In this document: positions 28,105-40,400 of the stretch, piece by piece
Layout: the number at the start of each line of letters is the position of its first letter
Numbering within the stretch: the stretch's first letter is position 1
From: the human T2T-CHM13v2.0 reference genome, Homo sapiens
Length of the DNA stretch: 64,000 nt
Assembly: GCF_009914755.1 (NCBI RefSeq)
Contig: NC_060929.1
Reading direction: 5' to 3' (one strand)
The notes under the pieces: model-generated
The model's input: only the letters and a program-made list of their open reading frames with translations
Told to the model about the DNA's origin: nothing
Database searches by the model: none
Translations under genes and position numbers: made by a program

Positions 28105-28960
28105 ATGTCCTCTAGCTCCAACCATGTTGTTGCATATGACAGGACCTCATTCTTTTTATGGCTGAATAATATTCCTCTGCATATGTACCACATTTTCTTT
28201 ATTCATTTACCCACTGAGGGACATTTGGGTTGATTCCATATCCTGGCTATTGTGAGTAGTGCTTCAATAAACATGAGATTGCAGATATCTCTTCAATATA
28301 CTGATTTCCTATCTTTTGGAATTATTTCCAGCAGTGGGATTGCTGGATTGAATGGTAGCTCTATTATTAGTTTTCTGAGGATTGTTCTATATAGCGGTTG
28401 TACTCATTTACATTTCCACCAACAGTGTATGAGGGTTCTCCTTTCTCCACATCCTGACCAGCACTTGTTATTATTGCCTGTCTTTTGGATGAAAGCCATT
28501 TTAACTGGGGTGAGATGATATCTCATTGTAGTTTTGATTTGCATCTCTCTAATGATTAGTGATGTTGAGCATTTTTTTCACAAACCTGTTGGCCATTCGT
28601 ATGTTTTCTTTTGAGAAATATCTATTCAGATCTTTTCCTCATGTTTTAATTGGATTATTTGATTTTTTCCTATTGAGTTGTTTGAGCTTCTTATATATTC
28701 CAGTTATTAATCCCTTGTCAGGTGGGTAGTTTGCAAATATTTTTCCCATTATGTGGGTTGTCCTTTTGCTTGTTATTTTTTCTTTTGCTCTGCAGAGGCT
28801 TTTTAGCTTGATATGATCCCATTTGTCCATTTTTGATTAGGTTTCCTGTGCTTTCGAGGTCTTACTCAAGAAATCTTTGCCCATACCAATGTCCTGAAGA
28901 GTTTCCCAAATGTTTTCTTTTAGTAGTTTCATAGTTTCAGGTTTAGATTTAAGTCTTGAG
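28105..28960 (-). mobile_element. LINE-1 ORF2 3'-region segment, inverted part of a twin-primed L1 insertion
   Basis: The minus-strand ORF at 28639..28830 translates to the L1 ORF2 C-terminus (MDKWDHIKLKSLCRAKEKITSKRTTH.MGKIFANYPPDKGLITGIYKKLKQLNRKKSNNPIK). The + strand carries the L1 antisense hallmarks (…ccatgttgttgcatatgacagg…attcatttacccactgagggacatttgggttgattccat…). Confidence 0.85.
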
Positions 28961-28984
28961 ATAAGGGTCTGGTTTCGTTAAGTG

Positions 28985-29430
28985 GAATAAGCCAGGCACA
29001 GAAGGACACATTTTTCACATGTTCTCACTCATATGTAAGAATTAAAATTTTTAAAAAATTGATCTCATGGAGATACAGATGATTACCAGAGGTAAGGAAG
29101 AGCAGCAGGAATGGGGGGGTAAAGTGGGGATGGTTACTGGGTACAAAAATGCAGTTAGATAGCATGAATAAGATCTAGTGTTCAGTAGCACGACAGGGAG
29201 ACTGTAGTTAACAATGATTTATTGTGTATGTTTAAATAACTAAATGAGTGGAATTGAAATGTTCCTAACACAAAGAAATGATGAAAACTTGAGGTAACGG
29301 ATACTACAATTATCCCAATTTGATCATTACACATTGTATGCCCTGTATCCAAACATCAGATGTACCCCATAAATACACACAACTATTCTGTATCCATAAC
29401 AAATAAAAACAAAACAAAAATGACCCCAAA
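28985..29430 (+). mobile_element. LINE-1 3'UTR segment with A-rich tail, sense part of the same twin-primed insertion
   Basis: gaataagccaggcacagaaggacacatttttcacatgttctcactcatatgtaag…tagttaacaatgatttattgtgtat…cacaaagaaatgatgaaaacttgaggtaacggatact…tcattacacattgtat… is a canonical older-L1 3' end. It ends in an A-rich tail at 29400–29430. Confidence 0.85.
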
Positions 29431-31237
29431 AAAACCCCAAGGTAGCAGCAGCCTTCAGAAATCTTTTTCCCCATCCTCCCTCTTTGCAGGGCTTGTCCTC
29501 AGCCAAGTGTAATAGATGGCTGTATGTTCTTAAAGCTCTCCTTGGGAAGCCGCCCAGCAGCCTCTGCAGCCTGTTCCAAGCCTAACACTCAAGAGGCCCT
29601 TTTAAATGTGTAATATAAATTTGCCCCGCTCTAACCTGGGGCCCTGCGGGGTACTGGCCTTAACAGCACATGCCTAGGTGAGACACAGGGAGAGAGGCTG
29701 ACTCATTTCTGTCTCTGCTAAATATCTATTCTCTTATGTGTACTAGGGAAGCAACACTTTCTAACATTTCTCTTGAGACCTGTGGTTTGGGACTAAGAAG
29801 ATAATAATGAAAGAAGTTATCTGGCTCTTTAATAAATCCTGCCATATGCCTGCAACCCCATCGGTACAGATTCTTATCTCAGAGAAGAAATGAGTCTTGA
29901 ATGCAATCTGCACTGATACTTACCAGAATCCTGTCTACAAAATGGGAAGGCAGATCCATATTAGAAATAGGTGTCTGGCAAGGGCAAGAAATGAAAGTGA
30001 AGGTCACCAGCAACTAGAAAGAACAGCAGCTTGGATTGTAGAACCTTGGAGAGGAAGACATTTTGTCAGCCCTGCTGAAAGGCACATAAATGGCAATGAT
30101 GGTGAGGTGACGTCTCTGCCCTGTGCACTGTCTGTAGACATTAAATATCTGGTTCTCTGCTTGATTTTTATGAGGGCAAATTACTAAATGATTTCCATAG
30201 CATGAAGGGAAAACAGAGGAGGAGTCCAAGCCCAAATGCAAGTCTCTGCATTAAAGGAACACTTATCATGGACTTGAGCTGAGGCCAGGCTCAGGGTGCC
30301 AGATGGATCTGGAAGGAGCGATTGGAGAATATTTCCTTTGAAGTTTGGTGGTCAGCTGCTGCCGGCTGTGCTGATGAACCCATCTTGTTCTAGGAAGAGT
30401 AAGGCTATTATTTAGAAGGGAGGGAGCCCACATTTGAAGTTCTGTATTAACATTGCTATAAATGATAAAAAAAACTTTTCATTTCTAGGCAACGTTTAAA
30501 GCAACTTGCCTGATGTGGGTTTTGCCCGCTCCCCTTAGGGTAGTAATTTTTAAAGAGCTTTAATTTAATGGAACAATTAGTATGCCAAGTAATCGCCAGC
30601 GGTAGGGGCGATGGTTTGCAAGCCTCCCTGAGCCTGTCTCTGCCTGGGGAGGGAGCAGGGCGGGGGTGCAGCTCTGTGTGCCCAGGCAAGTGGCAGGTCT
30701 TTCAGGATAAATAAAGAGAAGTGGGCCCCTACTCTGCTCTTGTAGCCCACAGGCTAATGGGATGGGGTGAAGTGGGGAAAGAAGGCATACAATGTGAATC
30801 TAAAGTAGAAAGTATAAGGGAAGAAAACACTACAGGGAATTCACAACCAGGCAGAGGGGATCCAACGGAGGAGGTATCTTAACATGATCCCCCAAAGGAG
30901 CAGAAATTTGGGCAAGAAATGGAGAAGAAAACACCAGACTGTGGTGGGCATGTGGGAAACTTTGAGGCATGTTTAGGGAAGAGAGAATCATCAGGTTGGA
31001 TTGGAATGGAGGGGAGTGTCTGGAGAAAAGTCTGGAAGAAAAGTCAAGGCAATGTTGTGGAAGGTCTTCCTTTGGGTGGGAAGGGCTGGAGGCTGCCACA
31101 GTAGCCCAGGTGAGAGAATGAGCATGCAGCGGCGAACGGGTGGGCAGAATGCACAGAAGAGCTACTGCAGATAAGGCTATTATTTAGAAGGGAAGGAGCC
31201 CACATTTAAAGTTCTGTATTAACATTGCTACAAATGA

Positions 31238-31425
31238 AAGTGGTTCTCCATTGTGGCTGCACATCAGAGTCACCAGGGAAACTTAAAAACTAGTGTTGCC
31301 TGGACCACATGACCAGAGATTCTGGTTTAAGTGGTCTGGGATGTGGCCCTGGGCATCAGGATTTTTTAAAAGCTCCCCATGATTACTTATTCTAAGTTGC
31401 AGCCAGGGTTGAGAACCACTGGTTG
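31238..31425. mobile_element. MER5-like non-autonomous hAT (Charlie-type) MITE
   Basis: The termini aagtggttctccattgtggctgcac… and …ttgcagccagggttgagaaccactgg are inverted repeats. The internal sequence …ggaaacttaaaaactagtgttgcctggaccacatgaccagagattctggtttaagtggtctgggatgtggccctgggcatcaggattttttaaaagctcccc… matches the MER5A/B consensus pattern. Confidence 0.7.
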
Positions 31426-34400
31426 TAGCAGATTCTGATTCAATGGGCTGAGGCCTGTTCTAGAAAGCTCGAGGCAATGTTAGTGATGCTGGCCCATAGA
31501 CCACTTTTTGAGTAGGACTTGACCATGCCACATCAGCACAGCACTTGCCTGCATTTTCACTTCTCTAGGGAGGAGAAATTCCAAAAATACTTTGACCTTT
31601 TTTCATCTGCTATTCCCTGGGATGTTGGGCCCTGCTAAGAGAGGGCTGCCTCATTCACTGGTGGTTGTTGCTCTTCAAGGACAAATGGAGACTTCAAACT
31701 GGAACACACACATCCTTGGGGCTACAGGAAGACCTTTTAGGGAGCATGCATAATTTTTACCAGAATCAACTTCCAAGTCCCCATTTTCCACAAGTGCCCT
31801 CTCCTAGAACAGATCAGCCTAAGCATGCGCCTCCCCTCTGCTGATGCTCCTACTTCCCTTTCCTCAACCTCCCTTCTTCATGAAGGCAAGATTTCCCTCT
31901 TACCAGCTTACCATGGGGCATTGTGCCAGGACTTCTAACAAAGGGGAATTAGAAAAGGCAGCCTCTCAATGTTCAATTAGAGTTTATAATAATAGCAAAC
32001 ATTTATACAGAAGTGTGGAGCAGTCCTTTTTCTAAGTACTTTACATAAAATTATCTCATATAAACCTCCTAATAGTCCTGTAAGTAGGTATTATTCTTAT
32101 TCTCAATTTGCAGAAAACATTGACATAGAAGCAGTTAAGTAACTCATCCAAGGCTGGTATGAGGGACAGAGTTGAGATATGGCAGAGATTTTCTATCAAC
32201 TGCATAAACTCAATCTAAAGTTCCAATATTTTGACAAAAACATAATGTAATGCTCATATTCAAAATACAATGCTCTGACATCTTTTACAGTTATTTAAAC
32301 ACATGATAAAAAATCTTTATAAGTCAACTTTAAAATGTGCAAAAAAGGTCAATTCTTTGAGTTGGGTTGTGAGCAAAATATTTGAAGATCATTGATTTTG
32401 AGCCAAACAGCCCTGGCTATGACTCTTGGCTTAGTCACTATGCCATCTTGGCCAAATCCCACTCTTTCTGAGGCTTAGTCTCTCATCTGTAAAAATGGGG
32501 ACAACCATCTCAGCAGGGTTGTTGAAAAGATCAAATGAGACAGCCCAAGAAGTGGCCTGGCCTGCAGCCAACTCAGGGTGAATGGCAAGTATTATTAATG
32601 TGGTTGGCGTCTGGCAAATCTTGGCATGTGGTAAGAGCTCCATGAATGTGAGTGCCCTTCCCCTTAGTAATGGTTCCCAGATTTGATTCCCATGGAAGCC
32701 TAGACATCTTGTGGAGAGGGAGGGGGTAGCATGAGGCCCCCAAGTTTCATGCCTCCCATTGTTTTCCCTTTTCAACTTCCTCAAAGAACATCTCAAAATG
32801 CACCTCCCCCAAGTTGCCTTCCCTGACTAATACAGCTTCACAGTGACCTTTCTCTTTCATCATTTGACTGGCTCATGCCAGGCACTCCATAGTTAATTAA
32901 CCAATGAATGAATGAATACCGGGAATGGGGTAGTGAAGAAGGCAGGCATTATCCCTGCCCTCATCAAACTTGCCGTCTGGTAGAGAAAACAGACATGTCA
33001 CTGATAGATGCTATGGTGGGAGAAGAAAAGGAGCCAGTAAAAGCCCACAGAAAGGGCACCTACCCAGGCTGAAGGCATCAAGGAAGGCCTCCCAGAGAAA
33101 GTGTGGTCTAAATTAAAATCTCATGGACACATGGAAGCCAGACAGCAAGAATAAAGGTCTGTGTTCACAGGTTTGGAGGTGGAAAAAAAGCATGCTAGGT
33201 TCAGAGAACTGAAAATATTTTAGTAAATTGGCTATAAAAATGTATGTTTTCCAGTCTTGAACTTGATTTCTTGCCTTTCCTTGGCCTTCACAGACAATGG
33301 TGTGCTTCTGGAAGACATGAAGGACCTTCTACATCTTTTGTGTTTACCCTGTATTTGCTTGACTATGCAATATCCACAGCTGACACTTTAATAAATGCTT
33401 AGTGGGTGTGGAACTTACTAGAAAAGGAGACCTCTCCGAAGCTTCCTTGGAGCTCATTTCATACATTCCCTGGGCCTGGGCAGCACTGTATAGAATCCCT
33501 TCTGGCCAGAAAGGGGCTAACAGAATCCACCTACTGGCCCTTAAGACATGTATCTACAGGAAGCCATGCTCTGAAATATCTTTTCATGCATTATCCCAAA
33601 CTCAGGGTTATGTATTAATAGGAGCATTTCACCTGCAAGGGATATTCATAACCAGTGGCCTTGGGGCTGGGGCTCTGATCCTGTGGGATGGATGAATGGC
33701 AATGGATGGCTTGTCTCATTCTGCATTTCCTGTCCAAGACCAAGGAAAGGCACAGGGTTGGCAGGAGGGATGAGAGAGCAGGATTGTCCATTCAGACTCT
33801 GGCTCTATCATGGACAGGTCAGATCCAGTCACCAGTAGATGGACTCGGCCTTTCTTGCTGTCCCAAAGTGGCCCTTGCTAGCCATCTGTTCTCCTCTTCT
33901 CACACCCTTCAAGGCTTTCTGATCAAGTCCACAAAATTGACTCGTGCAAATGACACTGGGAAATAAGCTGTGGTCACCAACAAGTCAAAACCAGCTGAGA
34001 TCGGATATTTCTTTTGAGGCATGAAAACAAAGATTTTTGGTAATCTTTTAGAGCATTCCTAGCTGGAAACATTTCCCGGAAATCCATAAGTTAAGTGCTC
34101 CTTGTGTCCTAGAGAGCAATGAAATTTATTCTTACACCATCCACACCAACTGAACGCTAGTTATGATAGGCTCTAAGGTGGTCCATGATACCATCGCATA
34201 CATAGGTAAGCTTACTTCCTGTGTGTCTGCTGGAGAAAGCTGTGTTTATGCCAAATGAATTTATGTTTCCAGTTTTCAAAATTCAGAGCTGATTTTCCCT
34301 GGTTTGTGGCAAGCGGGTTGGCCAGCAAATGAAAATCAGCAGGAGGAGACTTTCCCAAAAGTCAAAGGAGGATGGAAGCAGAATGTGAGAAGTCTGAGCT

Positions 34401-36769
34401 CAGCTAGCCTGGTCTCCAAGCCTTGGGCAACATGCAGCCTGCCTGGTACGTGACCAAGGTCTGAGGTCAAAGGTGAGATTCCACACACATGGAGACAGGC
34501 CAGTTGAACCATGCCAGAAACTACCACTTCCTAAGTGCACATCTTTTCTCTACTGAAAGCAGACCCAACTGTCCTTAGTGAGTCCTTTAATATGTCTGTT
34601 TTGTGTCATGCGTATGTGACTCCTCTTAGGCACCCTGAAGTCAGGAACAATCTTCTCTCACCTCTCCCCTCCAGAACACTAGCGGAAGCAACCATTTCAT
34701 CTATGATAAGAATAGGACCCTGAGCTGACGACTTCCTGCATATCATTTCCTTGGTGATGAGATGTTTTTACCCCAAATCCAGCCGTGTCTTTCCCTGTTG
34801 TTTAGGATTATTAGATGTATGCACTTTTCTACCACCTTCTTCTTCAAGAGACATCTTGCACTGAGGTTCTTGTGTCATTTGCTGTTCCTAGCGTATGCCA
34901 GGTAAACATTCAGCAAGAGGCAAATGCTTTCAGCCACGTGAGACCTCTGAAAGGAAAACACAAGCAGGCTTTCTGCCGGAACCAGTAGCCGCCTGCTGTT
35001 AGCTGGGGAGAAAGGACTTTCATTCGTTTTTGTCATCAAGCTGATACTGTGCCAACACCCACATCTGGAAACAGTTATCAAGAAAGAAGAGGCATGCAAG
35101 CCTGGGTCTCATGACCCTGCAGCCTTCCTTTCTGCTGCTCTATTTATTAACATACTGATTTAGAGTGATCAACCTATGTCCCCGGAGTAAGTTACAGAAA
35201 CTAAATTTTTAAAAGGCCACTGCCGTCACACCACTTCACGAAAACAGGCCAAGGTCTAACTTATGGGGTCTTGGATGGAGTTTGTATCTAAATAAACACA
35301 TTTTAAAGTTGCTTATTGTGTTGTACTTTAATCACTGAGCCAAGCCTTTTTAAGCTTTGTCTTGAGCTCTGTGCCCCTCCTCAGCTTGGCAGAACTCTGT
35401 CCTGTCAGTCTCAAGGGCTTGATAGAATTTGTACTTATTGGATCTGGACACACAGATAGAGGAGTCTGTTATTTGCACATCACACAGACCCACACACACA
35501 GATACACACTTGTTGCCCTTCCTTGCCTCCTTCACTGTAAGTAACTAGAAATTTAAGAAGGAACCTGAATTATGTTTGTGTAGCACCAGTGCTATGTGAT
35601 GTTAGTTGCTGATCGTGCCCCAAAGGTATAAATAGACTCCACAAGGGCTAGGGGCCTACCTTGAGGCTTATTGGTTTTGGAGTTTGAAAAGTGCCCACAG
35701 AGAAGACTTGAACCTATCTTTGAGAAGGACCAAATCAAGTCATAAGATATTTAGTAGATCTCTCTACAATAGAGGGAGGAATAAACGTGGCCATTAAGAG
35801 TGAATACAGAGGAAAGCATTTCTTTCAGGCTTATATATGTCTCAGGAATTGTAAAGCGCTAACAAGAACCAGAAATTCAGACCAGCAATCCTGTCTCTAG
35901 TACTAACCCCGTCTCCGGTTTCTGTTTTGATGAGTTGCAGTCTACCTTGATGACTTGGCTTCACTGTCCACCAGATGATGAATCATCCCTTCTGGGAAGA
36001 ATCTGGTTTCCCTCCGGCTACCCCAAACTCCCCCCGCCAATCCTTGCTACCCTCCCACCCCCGTTGTGTGGTGTGTGGTTGGGTACTTCCCTTTGGAGTC
36101 CTTTTGGGTATAGCCATGCATTTGGCACTTATTTCATTGTATATGTGCCTGGCTCCCCACCAGAGAATGACTCACTTGTGTCTAGAACCGTAATAAGCAG
36201 CCGACTGCTGGGCTCCTAACATGAACTCAGTAAATATTGGTAGAATCGATCAAGAACCACTTTCTGGAGCAAGCTGGTTGTTCATATGTTGTCAGTAGTA
36301 GTTTTTAAAAATAATGTAGAATAACAGGACTAACTGAACTTCTGGTTAGACTGTTACTTCAGGAATGTGCTAACTAACGTGGGAAAATCTTTTCTAGGCA
36401 CCCTGGAGGTCATTTTAATTTTTTTGTTGTCCTGGGATTTTGGTGTATCAAATGTTCATTGAAATGACCGTGCCACGAGTTTGAAGATTTCTCAGGCACA
36501 TTTAATTGCTATTTCATCAGTAATTAAATGAGGAATTAAAGGTTGTTGAGGATTACTAAGCAATTCTAGTTGATCCACTGAAAGGAATGCTGATTCATGG
36601 TCATCTAGAGAGTGATCCAGCAGCTCAGGTCCCCTGTCTGTCTGGAGAAGGGGATGAGTGGCTGCGTGCTGGCTGCTTTCTTCCCCAAGCCTGCCTCACT
36701 TACCACAGCAGCTGCTAGAGTCTTGCTCAGTGAAAATGTGTTCAAGGGAGAAGGTTTGAAGGTTGTATT

Positions 36770-37135
36770 AGTTCGTTTTCATGCTGCTGTTAAAGACATA
36801 CCTGAGACTGGGTAATTTATACAGAAAAAGAGGTTTAATGGACTCACAGTTCCACGTGGCTGGGGAGGCCTCACAATCATGGTGGAAGGTGAAATGCATG
36901 TCTTACACGGTGGCAGACAAGAGAGAATGTGAGCCAAGCAAAAGAGATTTCCCCTTATAAAATCATCAGATCTCATGAGAGTTATTCATTACCACGAGAA
37001 CAGTATGGGGGAAGGTACCACCATGATTCGATTATCTCCCACCCGGTCCCTCCCACAACACGTGGGAATTATGGGAGCTACAGTTCAAGATGGGATTTGG
37101 GTGGGGACGCAGCCAAACCATATCAAGGATTTTCC
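36770..37135 (-). mobile_element. ERVL-MaLR solo LTR, THE1-type, antisense
   Basis: Reverse complement of the THE1 LTR (…tcatgagagttattcattaccacgagaacagtatgggggaaggtaccaccatgattcgattatctcccacccggtccctcccacaacacgtgggaattatgggagctacagttcaagatgggatttgggtggggacgcagccaaaccatatca). Confidence 0.85.
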
Positions 37136-37149
37136 AAAAATATGCAACT

Positions 37150-37440
37150 ACCCTAGCTGGGGAGGGGGTGCATAGTGGTTTAGGTAGGACAAGTACTTAG
37201 GGCTGGGCTGCCTGTGTTCAAGTGCTGGCTCTCCTACCCACTAGCTTTGTCACCACTCCAACAAACTTCTTCACCTCTCCAGCCTTGCCTTCTTCATCTG
37301 GAAAACAGAAAAGAGAACAGTACTCAACCCATAAGAGTATTTTAAGGATGGAATGACTTAACACATAAAGGTATTGAGAATAGTACCTGACATTGGTAAA
37401 CTCTTATTTTTCTTTAATAAGCCAGTATTCTACGTGGGCA
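37150..37440. mobile_element. MIR/MIR-related ancient SINE
   Basis: …gggctgggctgcctgtgttcaagtgctggctctcctacccactagctttgtcaccactcc…cttcacctctccagccttgccttcttcatctggaaaacagaaaagagaacagtactcaacccataagagtattttaaggatggaatgacttaacacataaaggtattgagaatagtacctgacattggtaaac… parallels the MIR 3' region (…tgggttcaaatcctggctctgccacttactagctgtgtgaccttgggcaagttacttaacctctc…). Confidence 0.6.
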
Positions 37441-40400
37441 CATGCATGCACTGTTTTTTTTTTCCTACTGTTTTTTTTTTTCCTTCTGCTTTCTTCCCTG
37501 CATCATTCTCAAACGTATAGCCTTTCCTAAACATAGCCTCATCTGGAGGAAGCTTGGAGGCTAATTCTTGCTTTTGTTGTCTTTAGAAGCAGAAATCATT
37601 CTAAACATTTGTATCTTAACTACAGAGCACTATGTGGTTTATGTAGAGCACAGCATTCACCCCATTCCTGTCCCAGTGAAATATGAGGAGTCCCATGGAT
37701 GGAAGACTGAGGAAGAAAATGCTGGGAAAGACTGGGGAAGGGTGTGTTATGGCTGGCCTGCCACTGGGCCCAGTGCCCAATCGTTAGATGAGGGGCAGTG
37801 GAGGGTCCAGAGAAGTCTGGGGTGGGTATCATGGGGCACTCTACATGGGGTTTAATTTTTGTCCTTTCATGCCAGGGCAAAGGTGCTGATCTGGACAATG
37901 AGCAAGTTCTAAAATGTTAAAACCAGCAGGCAAAATATGGTGGCTCTCATCTCACCAGCTCTTTAGCCTGCACAAATTAATTTCTATACCATGGATTTGA
38001 ATGTCCAGGGTGTTTTGGAGTAGGGTGGATCGGGTCAGGATAGCAGCAAATTCTTAGGAATTTTGAAAATGGCTCTCAGGATGGCTGCTGTGGAGCCATC
38101 AGTCATGGCTGCATCAACCCTGCTTCCCCTTTCTACCTTCTAATGCTGGCACAACATTGCAGCTGGGGAAGCAGAGACTTTCTTTCACCTAGCATGAGGG
38201 AGCTTCCAAAGGATCAGGATGTGATGTTGGGAGCACCGGCCCCAGAGAAGCTCGATCCTTCTCCTTCGTGCTGGGACTTAAGGCCTGTGCTAGGGAAGCT
38301 GGAGAGGGAGCCAGGTCCGATGTTCTTTAAAGCCCTTCAGAATCCCTGCCTGACCCAGAGGGCCACGCAAATGAGTCTAGTCCACAGCATATGGTGGAGC
38401 AGTCACCTACAGCAGAGCCAACAAATGTCTTTGTCTATTCTGACCACTCTATTAGAATAAGTGTGAATTATGCTAGAAAGAATTTAGGAAGCCAGTCAAC
38501 TGATGGATCCGCAAATGCTAACTGGGCTCCGTGCTGACTTATTAGGAGGCTGTTAGAGAATCAGAGGAACAAACACATGGGCTCACTGTGATGACGGATG
38601 TTAGACTTCAAAAAGGAGAGGCTCCATCCAGTGGGAGAGCCACGGAAGGGAGACCAGCTGAAAAAACAGCAGCCCAGAGAGGTGAAGGAATTTGCCTGAG
38701 CAAAGCTTCTTAGCAAAGCTGGTTTTGGAGGGAGAGTATCGCATACGTGTGTAGAGGCAAAGAAGGAGCACAGTGCTCACTACACGGGGAGCAGAGCAAG
38801 GCTGGGGGTGGGGGGCTGAGTGGGTGGAAGAGGCACAGGCTGGCCCTGCAAGAGCCCAGGCTGAGACTGGGACACAGGGAAAGCAGGTTACATGAAGCAA
38901 AGGGGGAATTTTGCAGAGGACTTTAGAAGCCAGGTACAGTAGAAAGAGGGCAATACATGGGAAGTTCTTTCAGTATAGGGATTATGGATGTGTGTGTTCC
39001 TCTTATCTAGCCTTTTCAGTATTTTTTAAGGTTTTTCTTTTTTTGGTAATGTGCCTGTATTCCTTTTTAACATGGTGGGGTGCTGGGGAGGATAAAATGT
39101 TCATCAAAAAAATAAATAAACAATCAGAGAAGTCTGGATTTTCTTTTACAAACAATAGAAGCCATCGGGAGTGTCCTAGGAGTGCAGTGTTTTGGTAGAA
39201 GTGTTTTAGGAAGATAAGACCAGCCACGTTGGGAGATGGTTGGCTGGGGTGGCAGCTGATGTCAGACTGGCTGGAGGCTGTGGGTGGTGAGAGGTAAGGC
39301 AGTGGGGAGCTGGAGTATTTGAGTAGCAAAAGAGGGAACAGAAGCATCTAGGAGAGATTTGGAAAGAACACCTGCAGGATCTTGGTGACTGATTGCACGT
39401 GGGGGACCAGAGAGCAGGGACAGGCAAAACTGAATGCAAGGTTTCCAACCTTGAGCGGCACCACAGGCAAGAATGAAGAAATGAAGAAGGGGAGCTGGAC
39501 GAAAGAGCCAAGGGATTTCCGCATTTTGGAATGAATTGCTGCTGGGTGGTGTCCATTTCCCTGAAGGCCTTTATCCTACGTGCAAGAAAACTCGTGGGAA
39601 GCAGAGGAAAGGCATGTGTAAGCCAACAATCATCTGTGGGCATCCTTCCACTAAAGTATTTGAGGTCAGGCAACTAAAGCAACCTCAAAAGTGCCTCTGG
39701 ATTCTTCTTAGATATTTTAGCTGAGCCAAATCAATGAAACTCTCATGAAAAATCGGTTTCCCTGGAAAATGAAATTGGGTTCTAACCAACAAGTAGCATT
39801 TGGCAGGCCCTGATTAAGAAAGCCAGTGTTTGGAGAAGTTGTGAAAACAGCCAAGTCATTTAAGAAACTAAACACTGGGGCCTAATGCCATTCTAGGGCT
39901 GCGACGGCTGTTCTGTTCCCATCAATTGCAGAGCCCGAAGCCTCAAGTTTGTTTTAAGTTCCTGCCATTACAAACCTGTCGATTATCCCAGCCTCCCTTG
40001 CGGGCTTTGAAAAGAGAGAAGAATGGAAGGTGACTGTGGCCAATTTCCCCTCCCTGTCCAGTGTGTGGAAGACACTGAATATGCAACTACTGACCTTGTG
40101 CCTGGGCATCTTGAAGGTCTTCCACAAAGTGAGCTGGGCCTCAGCGGAAGATGAGAGTTCCTCTGTGGTCACTTCACTGGTACACATTTTCAGGTGTATT
40201 TCGTTTCTTCCATGCCTACATAAATTGAATCCTCTGTTAACCACCTCTGAGCTCATAGCTATTTAACATGACCCTGTAGTCCTGTGCATACAAATCACCT
40301 TGGGATCTGGTGAAAATGCAGATTCAGTGGGTCTTGGGAGGTTGGGAGGTTATAAGATTCCACGTTTCTTCATGAGAGCTAGAAAAAATAAATAAATAAA

